Origin: Candidatus Kuenenia stuttgartensis
GTDB taxonomy: Bacteria > Planctomycetota > Brocadiia > Brocadiales > Brocadiaceae
Reading direction: 5' to 3'
Assembly (NCBI RefSeq): GCF_900232105.1
Contig: NZ_LT934425.1
Location: forward strand, 3,420,001 to 3,452,000
Length of the DNA stretch: 32,000 nt
The translations under genes were made by a program, and so were the position numbers. The notes beneath the pieces were generated by a model, which did not search any database, was not told the DNA's origin, and worked only from the letters and a program-made list of their open reading frames with translations. Of the stretch, positions 7,123 through 17,618 are shown piece by piece. Every line of letters starts with the position of its first letter. The stretch's first letter is position 1.

Positions 7123-9830
7123 ATGGCAATTCATCCTTCTTTCCCCACATCCCCATACGAAATACTCAATCCGGAATATCGCTGGTTTCCGGCGGATGAA
7201 ACCTTGCGAGAGACAAGCTACGAAAAGCTGCTGCCGCCTCTCGTTTCCAAAATTCGCAAAGAAGTTAAAGCATGGCGAGACAATTATTATGAAGGGGCTT
7301 CTGCAACATCTAAAGCCCTGCTTTCGTGGTGGTTTCACACGGAGCATATACTTCCCGGGGCTGACGGGATGATGGTTGAATTCCGGTATTACTTTGCCCA
7401 GCGGGAAGCCATCGAGACCGTCATTTACCTCTACGAAGTCGCCAAGGTCAAAGATAAGTATGACCTGATCCGCTATGACTCCTCCGGTGCGGTATCGACC
7501 GGCATGTTCGATGAGGAATGGCTCCGCCTTGTGATAAAAATGGCGACCGGAAGCGGGAAGACCAAGGTTATGAGTCTCATAATAACATGGTGCTATTTCC
7601 ATAAACTCTACGAAGCATATTCAAAACTTTCCACCAACTTTCTTGTCATTGCCCCAAACATCATTGTCCTTGACCGCCTGCGTGCCGACTTTGACGGCTT
7701 AAAAATCTTCTGGAATGATCCTCTGTTGCCCGACAACGGCTACGAAGGGCAGAACTGGCAGGATGATTTCCAGATGACCCTGCATATCCAGGATGATGTT
7801 TCTATTATTCGTAAATCAGGCAACCTCTTTCTGACCAACATTCACCGCGTCTATGCCGGAAATGATATTGAACCGAGTTTTGAAGACGAAAATCTTGAGG
7901 ATTATTTTCTCGGCAAGCGTCCGTCCGGTAAAACTACCGATTCAAAGGTTGATCTTGGCGTGATTGTCCGCGAGATTGATGAGATTGTCGTTATTAATGA
8001 TGAAGCTCATCATATACATGACTCGTCCATGACTCGCGGCTGGCGTGGTTTAAATCCATTGAAGATATCCATAACCGGCTCAAACAGAAAGGACATTTTC
8101 TTTCTCTGCAAATCGACGTCACCGCGACGCCGAAGCACAATAACGGCGCAATCTTCGTTCAAACCGTATGCGATTATCCGCTGGTTGAAGCGATTACCCA
8201 AAACGTGGTGAAACGTCCCGTACTTCCTGATTTGGCAAGCAGGACAAAGCTTGCCGAAGTGAAAAGCTCCCGTTACACGGAAAAATACGCCGATTATATT
8301 GCCCTCGGTGTTGAAGAATGGCGCAAGGTTTATTGTGAACATGAAAAGCTTGGCAAGAAGACTGTGCTGTTCGTCATGACCGACGACACTAAGAACTGCG
8401 ACGATGTTGGCGAATACCTCGAAAGTACCTACCCGGAATTCAAGGATGCGGTACTGGTCATTCATACCAACAACAACGGTGAAGTGTCTGAATCCGATGC
8501 AAAGAAGAGTAAAGATGAGTTGGAGAAACTACGCAAGGCATCCAATCAGATAGACAGTTGGGAAAGTCCGTATAAAGTGATCGTTTCTGTTCTTATGCTC
8601 AAAGAAGGATGGGACGTCCGCAATGTGACAACCATCGTCGGGCTTCGTGCCTATGCCGCAAAAAGCAATATCCTCCCGGAACAGATTCTCGGCAGGGGTA
8701 TTCGCCGGATGTATCCGGGCGAGGATACGATCGAATACGTCAGCGTGGTCGGCATCGAAGCGTTTATGGACTTCGTGGAATCTATCCGGAGTGAAGGCGT
8801 TGAACTGGAACGTAAACCGATGGGAAGCGGAACAGCCCCCAAAGCACCTATCATCATTGAGGTTGATAACGAAAATACCAAAAAAGACATTGACAAGCTG
8901 GATATTGAAATCCCTATCCTTTCACCGCGCATCTATCGTGAATACAAATGCCTTGAGGCCCTGGAGCCTTCTTCCTTCTGGGCTAAGAAAATCGTTTACC
9001 GGCAGTTTTCAGAGGAAGAAAAACGGGAAATAGTGTTCAAGGATATCACCACCGGGGAAATCAACCATACGACATTATTGGACTCCAGTGCGGTAACGGA
9101 CTATCGGAGTGTCATCGGATATTTTACGCAAATCATCATGAAAGACCTGCGGCTTATTAGCGGATACGACGTTCTTTATGGCAAGGTAAAGGATTTTGTA
9201 TCTCTGCACCTGTTCGATTCTATGGTTGATATTGACGACCTGAATACCCTCCGCAACCTTTCTGAACTTTCGGCAACCAAGACCATCATTGAGACCTTCA
9301 CTAAGAAAATCAATGAATTGACAGTTCAGGACAAAGGAAGCGCGGAAATCCGGGATCATATAAAGCTCAGGCAGACTCGTCCGTTTGTTGTCAGGGAGCA
9401 GGGCTTTCTTGTTCCGCAGAAAAGTCTGTTCAACAAGATTATCGGAGATAGTCACCTTGAACTGCTTTTTGCTTCATTTCTCGAAAAATGTACCGACGTT
9501 ATTTCCTATGCAAAGAATTATCTGGCAGTGCATTTCACAATTGACTATGTGAACGCGGGCGGCAACATTTCCAATTATTATCCTGATTTTATAGTGAAGG
9601 TGAGCGATAAGGACTTATTCATTGTTGAAACAAAAGGCATTGAAGACCCGGATGTTCCCCTGAAAATGGCTCGTTTGAAAAAATGGTGCGAAGATATCAA
9701 CGCCTCACAAAATAAAGCACGCTTTGATTATGTATTCGTTGATGAGGAGGATTTCAAGAAATATAAACCGGATTCATTTTCAAGTCTTATAAAGAATTTC
9801 AGGAAATATAAAGATGACAAGGCCGGCTAA
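7123..9830 (+). pseudogene. res: Type III restriction enzyme Res subunit (SF2 helicase plus C-terminal PD-(D/E)XK nuclease), frameshifted at ~8026
   Basis: ORF 7123..8211 carries Walker A MATGSGKTKV and DEAH (VINDEAHHI). ORF 8205..9830, extended upstream in its frame, reads AWFKSIEDIHNRLKQKGHFLSLQIDVTATPKH...DYPLVEAITQNVVKRPVLPD, then helicase motif VI (QILGRGIRR) and a nuclease-like YYPDF...FIVETKG. The two halves are in different frames. A GGAGAG RBS precedes 7123. Confidence 0.85.
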
Positions 9831-9957
9831 TACCTACAATGTCCCCTTTTGTCATGGAAAAAGAATTTCCATTGAGGACGGCTGTATGATTGGAGAAAAA
9901 GGAACGGCAATTATTTATTGCAGTAACACTTTAGTATTTTGAAAAAATACCATGAAA

Positions 9958-9985
9958 AGCTCCGTTAGGAGCGGTATATTTGTAG
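9958..9985 (-). repeat. Short hairpin repeat, family 2 (CTACAAA..CGCTCCTAnGGAGCT), inverted copy
   Basis: The reverse complement reads CTACAAATATACCGCTCCTAACGGAGCT. It matches 30166..30192 (CTACAAACAGATCGCTCCTATGGAGCT) and 30115..30141. The core is a 5-bp GCTCC/GGAGC stem. Confidence 0.65.
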
Positions 9986-10008
9986 ATAAGCTTATTGCAT
10001 AATGGTGT

Positions 10009-10563
10009 TCACTTCTGCAAATCATGAGGTACTATGGAAAATAGGACGGAGTCGTATATCGTGTCACGCACTACATGGCGATTTCGCAGAATGCCTTCCC
10101 TGACGGCGCCTGCCTTCTCCGCAACCCGCTGACTTGCCTTGTTTGGCACTGCCACGACTATTTCCAGGCGCGTGAATCCTATCGTTTCAAGTCCAAACCG
10201 GCTGAGGAGTTTTACGGTAGCGGTAGCTATGCCTTGTCCTGTACGGCTTGAACGAATCCAGTAACCAAGATTGGCAAAGTTGTGCTTCCGGTTTATTTGG
10301 TCAAGCACGCAACCACCAAGAAAGGTATTGTCTTTCGTATCAAATATGACAAAATCATATTCAATACCATCCGACCACATTTGGGCTCTGGTACTAAGCC
10401 ATGATGTACAGTCAGACATTGAGTAGTCGGGATGGCACCATGGCGCCCACTTTATCATTTCCTCTATTGAATCTCTCACACCTTCGTAGATTACGGCAGC
10501 GTCTTTCAACTGGCAGGGGCGTATGATAATATTACCGTCGGTAAGTTCGAATTTCGATTTCAT
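10009..10563 (-). CDS. GNAT-family N-acetyltransferase (RimJ/RimL-like)
   Basis: 184 aa. Layout is IIRPCQLKDA..., GYWIRSSRTGQGIATATVKLL (the Q/RxxGxG/A acetyl-CoA loop), then RLEIVVAVPNKASQRVAEKAGAVREGILR, typical of the Acetyltransf_3 subgroup. Confidence 0.8.
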   Translation of the reverse strand: MKSKFELTDGNIIIRPCQLKDAAVIYEGVRDSIEEMIKWAPWCHPDYSMSDCTSWLSTRAQMWSDGIEYDFVIFDTKDNTFLGGCVLDQINRKHNFANLGYWIRSSRTGQGIATATVKLLSRFGLETIGFTRLEIVVAVPNKASQRVAEKAGAVREGILRNRHVVRDTIYDSVLFSIVPHDLQK

Positions 10564-10963
10564 GTTATTTTGGCGTTGTTTATCAAAAGATTTTTTTGCT
10601 AAAGAGTCGCTAAGGGTGCAAGGAAATTGCCTTACGTTCAGTGTTTCACGGTAAACTCTTTGGTTGCGGTTCTACAGTTCTTAATGACGATTGTCAGTGT
10701 TTGAATAATTACAAAAAAACAGAAAATATTCAACTTAAATTGGAGTTAAGGCAACATCGGTTCTTTTCGGGGAATTCTTACAACATTTTGTATTATAATA
10801 AGATAAGTATAGATAATATTTGGGAAAATGGTTGAATATTTCTCAGCATTCCTTATAATAAAGTGCTCTTATGAAATGAGAAAATTAATGTTTTGTTTGC
10901 CGAGTATACTCTGCGAACATTGTGTATTAGTGCAATTTTGGCCTTGTCAAAAAGGAGTTTAAA

Positions 10964-12364
10964 ATGGTTATGTTGGATTACAAAAAAGCCGACGTTAGTT
11001 CTAAGCAGGATTACAAAGTGGCGGATATCGGTCTTGCAGACTGGGGATATCGCGAGATTGCCCTGGCGGAAGCTGAGATGCCCGCCTTGATGAATCTCAG
11101 GAAAAAATATGAGAAAGAGCAGCCGCTTAAGGGTGCTAAAATCATCGGCTGTATCCACATGACAATCCAAACAGCCGTATTGATCAAAACGCTTCGCGCT
11201 CTCGGTGCTGAAGTTCGCTGGTCATCGTGTAATATTTTTTCCACACAAGACCATGCGGCCGCAGCTATTGCGGATTCCGGTATTGCCGTTTACGCATGGA
11301 AGGGTCAGACGGAAAAAGAGTATGAGTGGTGTATTGAGCAGACTATTCTGAAAGAAGGCAAGCCCTGGGATGCTAATATGTTGCTAGATGACGGCGGAGA
11401 TCTTACTGCAATGGTTCATGAGAAATATCCTGAGATGCTTGAAAAAATACATGGCATTACAGAAGAGACGACTACCGGCGTTCACCGTTTGCACGAAATG
11501 TTAATAAAAGGGGAGCTTAAGGTTCCCGCGGTAAATGTCAATGACGCTGTAACCAAATCTAAAAATGATAATAAATATGGATGCCGCCACAGTTTAAATG
11601 ATGCTATTAAACGTGGCACCGATATTCTTCTTTCCGGTAAAAAGGCGCTTGTTATTGGTTATGGTGATGTTGGCAAGGGTTCCGCCCAGAGTTTGCGGCA
11701 GGAAGGCATGATTGTGAGCATTTCTGAAATAGACCCCATATGTGGTATGCAGGCATGTATGGACGGATATGAGGTGGTTTCTCCTTACAAAGACGGAATA
11801 AATAATGGTTCTGCGGAAGGTATAAACAAACAATTGTTGGCCAAGACCGATCTGATTGTAACGACGACAGGCAATGTAAATGTATGCGACCGTCATATGC
11901 TGTCTGCTATTAAACGCGGGGCAGTCGTTTGTAATATTGGACATTTTGACCTGGAGATTGACACTAAATTTATGCGTGAAAACTGGAGGTGGGAAGAGGT
12001 GAAACCGCAGGTTCACCAGATATACAGATCCGATGACCCTGAAGATTATATTATTCTTCTTTCTGAAGGACGGCTTGTAAACCTTGGCAATGCTACAGGT
12101 CATCCCTCACGTGTTATGGATGGGTCATTCTCAAATCAAGTGCTTGCACAGATGTACCTCTATCGTGAGGCATGGGCAAGCAAACCCAAATCAGAGCGTA
12201 GCCCGGTGTATATTAAGGTTCTTCCAAAAAAACTGGATGAGGAGGTTGCCGCTGAAATGGTGAAAGGCTTTGGAGGAGTGATTACCCGTATGACCAAACA
12301 GCAGTCTGAATATATCAACACCCCTGTAGAAGGGCCGTTCAAACCGGATACGTACCGGTACTAA
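10964..12364 (+). CDS. ahcY: Adenosylhomocysteinase (S-adenosyl-L-homocysteine hydrolase)
   Basis: 466 aa. Reads [81 protein letters not shown], and the NAD site [15 protein letters not shown]. An AAGGAG RBS lies 8 nt upstream. Confidence 0.95.
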   Translation: MVMLDYKKADVSSKQDYKVADIGLADWGYREIALAEAEMPALMNLRKKYEKEQPLKGAKIIGCIHMTIQTAVLIKTLRALGAEVRWSSCNIFSTQDHAAAAIADSGIAVYAWKGQTEKEYEWCIEQTILKEGKPWDANMLLDDGGDLTAMVHEKYPEMLEKIHGITEETTTGVHRLHEMLIKGELKVPAVNVNDAVTKSKNDNKYGCRHSLNDAIKRGTDILLSGKKALVIGYGDVGKGSAQSLRQEGMIVSISEIDPICGMQACMDGYEVVSPYKDGINNGSAEGINKQLLAKTDLIVTTTGNVNVCDRHMLSAIKRGAVVCNIGHFDLEIDTKFMRENWRWEEVKPQVHQIYRSDDPEDYIILLSEGRLVNLGNATGHPSRVMDGSFSNQVLAQMYLYREAWASKPKSERSPVYIKVLPKKLDEEVAAEMVKGFGGVITRMTKQQSEYINTPVEGPFKPDTYRY

Positions 12365-12702
12365 CTTTTTTGATCTTAGCATCTTTGTGTGGATATTTTC
12401 AAAAAGCCAAATTACCGCTAAATTTCTAATTTGTTTGTAATATAAGCGGTTTTCCGCGTGGTGCAAATTATAAATTAATAAAAGAGAAATCACAGATTTT
12501 CCAGATTAGAAAAATCGTAAATCGTAAATCTGTGTGGATTTGTCCTGTGGGATAAACTCATTCCACAGGGCAGGCTTTGTTTATCAGACGGTCTGCGTTC
12601 CTCTTCATATCCAAGAGCCGAAAAACAAACAACGTGAACGAGTGAGCGATATTTTGGTGGGCGCCGCCCACCTTACCAGGGTTAATTTAAAGGAGCAAAA
12701 TT

Positions 12703-12987
12703 ATGTCGGTAACTGTGCGCATACCAACGCCTTTGAGAACCTTTACGGATGGAGTTGAGGAGGTAAAGGTAGAGGGAAAGAATATTGGCGAGATTATTAG
12801 CAATCTGGAAGCAAATTACAAAGGTATTAAAGAAAGGATTTGCGATGATTCCGGCCAGATAAGAAGGTTTATCAACTTTTATCTCAATGATGAGGATATC
12901 AGATTTCTCAATAATCTGGAAACACCGGTAAAAGACGGAGATTATATATCTGTAGTGCCAGCCATTGCCGGTGGCTGTCAGCTATAG
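12703..12987 (+). CDS. MoaD/ThiS-family ubiquitin-like sulfur-carrier protein with a C-terminal extension after the Gly-Gly
   Basis: 94 aa. Begins MSVTVRIPTPLRTFTDGVEEVKVEG and ends ..GDYISVVPAIAGG-CQL. It has the size and C-terminal xxxGG of the family followed by 3 extra residues. An AAGGAG RBS lies upstream. Confidence 0.8.
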   Translation: MSVTVRIPTPLRTFTDGVEEVKVEGKNIGEIISNLEANYKGIKERICDDSGQIRRFINFYLNDEDIRFLNNLETPVKDGDYISVVPAIAGGCQL

Positions 12988-13281
12988 CAATATTAGTGCA
13001 GGAACAGGGTAAAAGAGGCTGAGAATATTAATAATAGTTCAGCATATGCAGAATACATAAAGAATTATAATCTCATGCCCCTTTTTTAAGGATGATTTAG
13101 GGGGGTTACCATAAACACATATCCCTCTGTGTAAACCAGAATCAAACAAGGACGAAAAGGAGAAACCGGATTAAAATCAGTAATCGGCAGTCGCACAAGA
13201 TTGCAGATATGAGATTGAGGATTTAGGATTTCACCATTAAATATTTTGCCAAAATTAGGGAATTAAAAGTGGTCGCTCAGT

Positions 13282-14751
13282 TCAGCATTGAATTTTTGGC
13301 TTCACATCAGAACCTCTTAGCAAATATTTTAAAAACGTCCTTGCTGATTTTAACGTCCTCTTTATTTCTCTTGGGTGTGTAATCATTTGTTTTAATTTGT
13401 AAAGAAGATAGCCAGGCCTTAGATAAAAAGACCGTCTTGCACCATCGCAGAACCTTACAAGATCATAGGATGATAATTCTTCCGTACTGATAACAGTATT
13501 ATGCAAGCCTTCCGGCGTAAGCCACTCTGAGAAATTATCGGTAGTTATCAATCTTTTTTCCTTATACCATGTGTATGCTTCCGTTCCCGGATATACCATG
13601 ACGGGATAAAATTGGGCAGTATCCGGATTCAGCCTTTTTGCAAGCTGTAGTGTTTCCTGAAGTGTTTCTTTTGTCTCGCCGGGAAGCCCTGCCATAAAGC
13701 AGCCATGTATTAACATCCCGGCTTTTTTTGCATTTGCCATGAAAGCCTCCATTTCCGCAAGACTCAGCTTTTTCTTCATGTTGTCAAGTACTTGCTGGCT
13801 TCCGCTTTCAAATCCGACGCAAAGTGACCGGCAGCCTGCCGTCTTCATTGTCCGCATTGTTTCGTAATCCAGACCAACCCTTGCATTTGCTGTCCATGAA
13901 ATGTTCACTTTCTTTTGAATTATGCATTCTGCAAGTTCTTTACACCGTTTTTTATTAACAGTTAATGTATCATCCTCAAAAAAAACCGCCTTTGCCTGCG
14001 GGAAATTTTTTGTAATATATTCCATTTCCTCCACTACATTATTAATACTCCTTTGCCGAAAACCTCTGCCCATTAACGTTTGAGGATAAACACAAAAGGT
14101 ACATGGGAAAGGGCATCCTCTGGAAGTGGTAATTGTGACCATTGGGTAGAGGGCGTTAGGATTAAAATAATTTTCTATACGGAGAAATTCTTTGTAAACC
14201 TTGCTTACGAAAGGCAATTCGTTGAGATTTTCAATATATGGCCTTCCCGGGTTGTGGATGATTTCATTGCCATTCCTATAGCTTATGCCACGAACGGTTT
14301 TCAGGTCGCCTTTTTCAGATAAAATTTTAGCGAGGTCATGCAGTGTGTAATCATATTCATTTCTGGCAACTGCATCAACGCTATTTTCTTTGTTAAGGAC
14401 TTCCTCCGGAAGCGCTGATACGTGCGTTCCTACCAGTATTATGAAAGAAGACGGACAGGTTTCTTTTAATCTGCGGGCAACGGCAACGTCATTATCAATA
14501 CTTGGCGTACTTGTATCAAGAACAATAAGGTTTGGCTGGAATGTGAGGGTTTTTTCAATAATGTCATCAATGGATAAACTATCTGCAGGCGCGTCCACGA
14601 GGTTAACTTCAAACCCTTTTTCTTCCAAAACGCCTGTTGCATATGCCAGCCACAGGGGAAAATAGAGCGTGCCGCTTTTGGTCACTGCAGGACTCCGCTG
14701 TGGACGGGAAAATTTTTTTAAATATGGGGGATTGATAAGTAAGACTTTCAC
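13282..14751 (-). CDS. B12-binding-domain radical SAM protein (class B; HpnJ-like architecture)
   Basis: 489 aa. The N-terminus is a Rossmann-like B12-binding region (VLLINPP...LVDAP...LIVLDTSTPS). The radical SAM cluster motif is TSRGCPFPCTFCVYP, followed by CVGFESGS. Confidence 0.85.
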   Translation of the reverse strand: MKVLLINPPYLKKFSRPQRSPAVTKSGTLYFPLWLAYATGVLEEKGFEVNLVDAPADSLSIDDIIEKTLTFQPNLIVLDTSTPSIDNDVAVARRLKETCPSSFIILVGTHVSALPEEVLNKENSVDAVARNEYDYTLHDLAKILSEKGDLKTVRGISYRNGNEIIHNPGRPYIENLNELPFVSKVYKEFLRIENYFNPNALYPMVTITTSRGCPFPCTFCVYPQTLMGRGFRQRSINNVVEEMEYITKNFPQAKAVFFEDDTLTVNKKRCKELAECIIQKKVNISWTANARVGLDYETMRTMKTAGCRSLCVGFESGSQQVLDNMKKKLSLAEMEAFMANAKKAGMLIHGCFMAGLPGETKETLQETLQLAKRLNPDTAQFYPVMVYPGTEAYTWYKEKRLITTDNFSEWLTPEGLHNTVISTEELSSYDLVRFCDGARRSFYLRPGYLLYKLKQMITHPREIKRTLKSARTFLKYLLRGSDVKPKIQC

Positions 14752-14771
14752 TGCATCTGCCTTTCTAAAAA

Positions 14772-15866
14772 TTAAATTCTTTGTTGTTGTGTACCAACGA
14801 AACGAATAACATTTTCATAATTAAAGTTTTTACTTAATAGCGATTTACATTCTTTGTAAACATCATTTGCAGAAATGTTTTCCATGCAAATAGGATTTGC
14901 ACACCCGATAAAAATATCATTTCCATAACACGGACTGCATTCTACACGGCTTTGAATATATCTGCAAAATGGCAATTGGGGTGAAAGTAATTTTGAATTG
15001 CTGGGACCAAAAATACACACTGTCGGGATAGTGAGTGCGTAAGAAATGTGGAAGGGAGCAGAGTCATTTGTAACAAAAAGCCGGCACAATTTCATTAAAT
15101 ATCCCGTTTCATTAAAAGAATATTGGCCGCTTAAATCAAAAATAGCATCATTAAGTTCATCTTTTAGTGTCGTGTTTATTTTACGATCATCCATCGATCC
15201 AAAAAGCAGAAATCCATAACCGTCTGCAGAAAGCAATTTTGCCAGTTCAATAAATTTTTTAGCACCCCATTGTTTTATCAATACCGTATCGCGGGGATTT
15301 TTCCCGCCGCCGCAAAAAAGTCCAATTACATTAGATTTGTATTTTTCGAGAAAAGTACTCAGATTTTCAGGAATGCATACTTCTTTTATCTGAAAATCAA
15401 GCTTAGTTCCATTGCATGGTATGCACAATGGCTCTAACAATGTATTATATGCTCTGGCGGCATAATCGTTTTGTAGCACTGAAGGACAGATTTTGTGGGT
15501 AATAAAACTGCTATTGCCGAATCCGACCCTCGTTGTCGCCCCTATTAACCATGAAAGAAAATGTATATATTTTGATGCGCTGAAAATAATGATAGCTTCA
15601 AATTTGTATTTTCTTAATTCTAGTATTAAAGGGATAATTTTATATAATTTTTTTCCAAAAAGTGCATCGTCGTCTAATCGAAAAGTTTTTGTAAGGTAAG
15701 GATTATTGTACAGTGCTTCTGACGACCACCTACCGGTAAGATAATAAATCTTATTTGCCGGGTTATTTTTGTAAATTGCATGTATTGCCGGAGTCGTAAG
15801 CAATACATCACCGAAAGCATGGGTCTTGATTAATAAAATATTACTACTCATCTGCTTTGCTGCCAT
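14772..15866 (-). CDS. Glycosyltransferase family 9 (ADP-heptose:acceptor heptosyltransferase-like)
   Basis: 364 aa. Reads NILLIKTHAFGDVLLTTPAIHAIYKNNP (the GT9 N-terminal signature), then FCGGGKNP..KQW and TNDSAPFHISYAL (the GT9 C-terminal motif). Confidence 0.8.
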   Translation of the reverse strand: MAAKQMSSNILLIKTHAFGDVLLTTPAIHAIYKNNPANKIYYLTGRWSSEALYNNPYLTKTFRLDDDALFGKKLYKIIPLILELRKYKFEAIIIFSASKYIHFLSWLIGATTRVGFGNSSFITHKICPSVLQNDYAARAYNTLLEPLCIPCNGTKLDFQIKEVCIPENLSTFLEKYKSNVIGLFCGGGKNPRDTVLIKQWGAKKFIELAKLLSADGYGFLLFGSMDDRKINTTLKDELNDAIFDLSGQYSFNETGYLMKLCRLFVTNDSAPFHISYALTIPTVCIFGPSNSKLLSPQLPFCRYIQSRVECSPCYGNDIFIGCANPICMENISANDVYKECKSLLSKNFNYENVIRFVGTQQQRI

Positions 15867-15948
15867 TCATCATAACGTTTAATGGCAGCATCCCTAGCCA
15901 CTCGTCCTAAAACTATTCCTGCAGGTTTCCGGAGAAAACAGGAAAATA

Positions 15949-17391
15949 TTATTCTATCGCCCACGTATCAGCCTTTCTCTTTAACAGTCTTTTTATTGAA
16001 TCACTCATGAAGTATAAAAAATTGACTATGTATTTGTGCTTCATTGTTTTTAGCATTGGTTTGGATACGAGTATCCACATGATCCGTCGTGGAATGGTAC
16101 GGCAATAGAGATAAAAAAGAAAGTTAATATAACTCTTTTTTCGGGATTCAAATTGCCGGGTCGAGTCAATGATAAGTCCTTTTTCCTGAGCCTTTTTTTG
16201 TAATTCAGTGCCAGGAAGAAAAATAAGGGAAAATACGTTCAGGTGATATGGTCTGGGAAATTTCTGAATCATATGCAGGGTTTCAATTAGGTCTTCTTCC
16301 TCTTCGAATGGATTATCAATAATAAAATCGTAGAAAGGCATTAATCTTCCCTTAAATTGGTGAATCAGTCCTACAGCATCCAAAACTTTGTCGGTAGAAG
16401 GGCCTCTTTTATACAGTTTTCTGGTTTTTTCACTACCTGTTTGTATGCCAATTTGCAATTCATTCATGCCTGCATTAACAAGGATTTCCAGCTTCTTTTT
16501 ATTGACATCATGTGCATGGGCAAGACAGCGGAAAGGCAAACCGATTTCATTTCTATATAAAGCGGCATATTTTTCTAACTGGTCTTCTTTCAAAGCAAAA
16601 AAATTGTCGTCGCAAAACGTTATTGCCTGCATCCGTGGAAAGCGGAATTTCATTTCTTTCAGCTCACCAATTACGTTTTCTGCAGTGCGAAATCTCAAAT
16701 ATCCGCTGTCCGAATAAAGGGCTTTAAATGTGGAACAATAAGTACAGCTATAAGGGCATCCTCGTGAAGAAAGGGTTTGATAAACGGTTTTCTCCGCTAT
16801 TTTTAAATGCGCCTGCAATAATTCCCCGGTCATTTTGTGCATGGTTTTTCCATCCCACAGGTAATGCCCCTCCAAAGAATAATCGGGGTATGGCAATGAA
16901 TCAAGATCTTCAATAATAGGGGCAAGCCTGTTTTTTTTGAAATTTCCGTCTTTGAAAAACCAAAATCCGTTCAAGTCGTAATAATTATCGTTTTTTGCCA
17001 TGGCGTTTAAAAGGTTTTTTATTGCGATTTCTGCTTCACCTATGCAGACAATATCGGCAAAGCCTGCCGCATCTTCCGGCCTGGCAGAGATATGCTTTCC
17101 TCCCCACATTATAGGCGCCCTTATTTTGTTTCGTATTGCTTCGGTAAGCGCCTTAACCGCATTGAAATGACAAGAGAAAAATGATATTCCCACAAAGAAT
17201 GAATCATGGGTCATCTCTTTTATAGCATCCGATAATAAGCTTATAGAATGGGTATCCATCTGTTTTAAGATATGGGGCGTAAAAATAATTTCGGTGGAAA
17301 ACCCTTCTTTTCTCAAAGATGATGAAAGGATTCTAATGCCATATGCCATTAAATCATCGTATGGTGCGATAAAGGTGACTTTTTTGTTCAT
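15949..17391 (-). CDS. B12-binding-domain radical SAM protein (second copy, divergent)
   Basis: 480 aa. Has an N-terminal B12-like domain and the cluster motif SSRGCPYSCTYCS, with IGIQTGS downstream. Confidence 0.8.
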   Translation of the reverse strand: MNKKVTFIAPYDDLMAYGIRILSSSLRKEGFSTEIIFTPHILKQMDTHSISLLSDAIKEMTHDSFFVGISFFSCHFNAVKALTEAIRNKIRAPIMWGGKHISARPEDAAGFADIVCIGEAEIAIKNLLNAMAKNDNYYDLNGFWFFKDGNFKKNRLAPIIEDLDSLPYPDYSLEGHYLWDGKTMHKMTGELLQAHLKIAEKTVYQTLSSRGCPYSCTYCSTFKALYSDSGYLRFRTAENVIGELKEMKFRFPRMQAITFCDDNFFALKEDQLEKYAALYRNEIGLPFRCLAHAHDVNKKKLEILVNAGMNELQIGIQTGSEKTRKLYKRGPSTDKVLDAVGLIHQFKGRLMPFYDFIIDNPFEEEEDLIETLHMIQKFPRPYHLNVFSLIFLPGTELQKKAQEKGLIIDSTRQFESRKKSYINFLFYLYCRTIPRRIMWILVSKPMLKTMKHKYIVNFLYFMSDSIKRLLKRKADTWAIE

Positions 17392-17618
17392 GGTGAGAAA
17401 ATACCTCCCGGTATATAGATATTAATCATAGTCAGACAATTAAGGTTTTCGAAAAATGAATAGTTGTAAATTTTAAATAAAATTCATTGTTTTTATAGAG
17501 TAAGGAGTTTTTTCTAATTTAACCCCCCCAAATCCACTCCTAATAAATGGGGCTTCTTACTGTTAGATTTGTTATTTCTAACAATTTTTTATTTTACCAG
17601 GGCTTTGTCCTGATTGAT

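Noticed and set aside
9854-9950. Hairpins downstream of res (ATGGAAA-AAGAA-TTTCCAT at 9854-9872; GTATTTT-GAA-AAAATAC at 9934-9950) as intrinsic terminators
   Set aside because: The stems are short and AT-rich, and neither is followed by a clear U-tract, so this is not enough to call terminators.
10836-10963. A possible SAH riboswitch upstream of ahcY
   Set aside because: The leader is AT-rich with no GC-rich pseudoknot-forming segments that I can recognise. There is nothing beyond an RBS (AAGGAG), and a covariance-model scan would be needed to be certain.
12534-12758. A 74-aa plus-strand ORF overlapping the start of the MoaD-like gene
   Set aside because: It has no RBS, runs through the hairpin-rich leader and overlaps the well-supported 12703 start out of frame.
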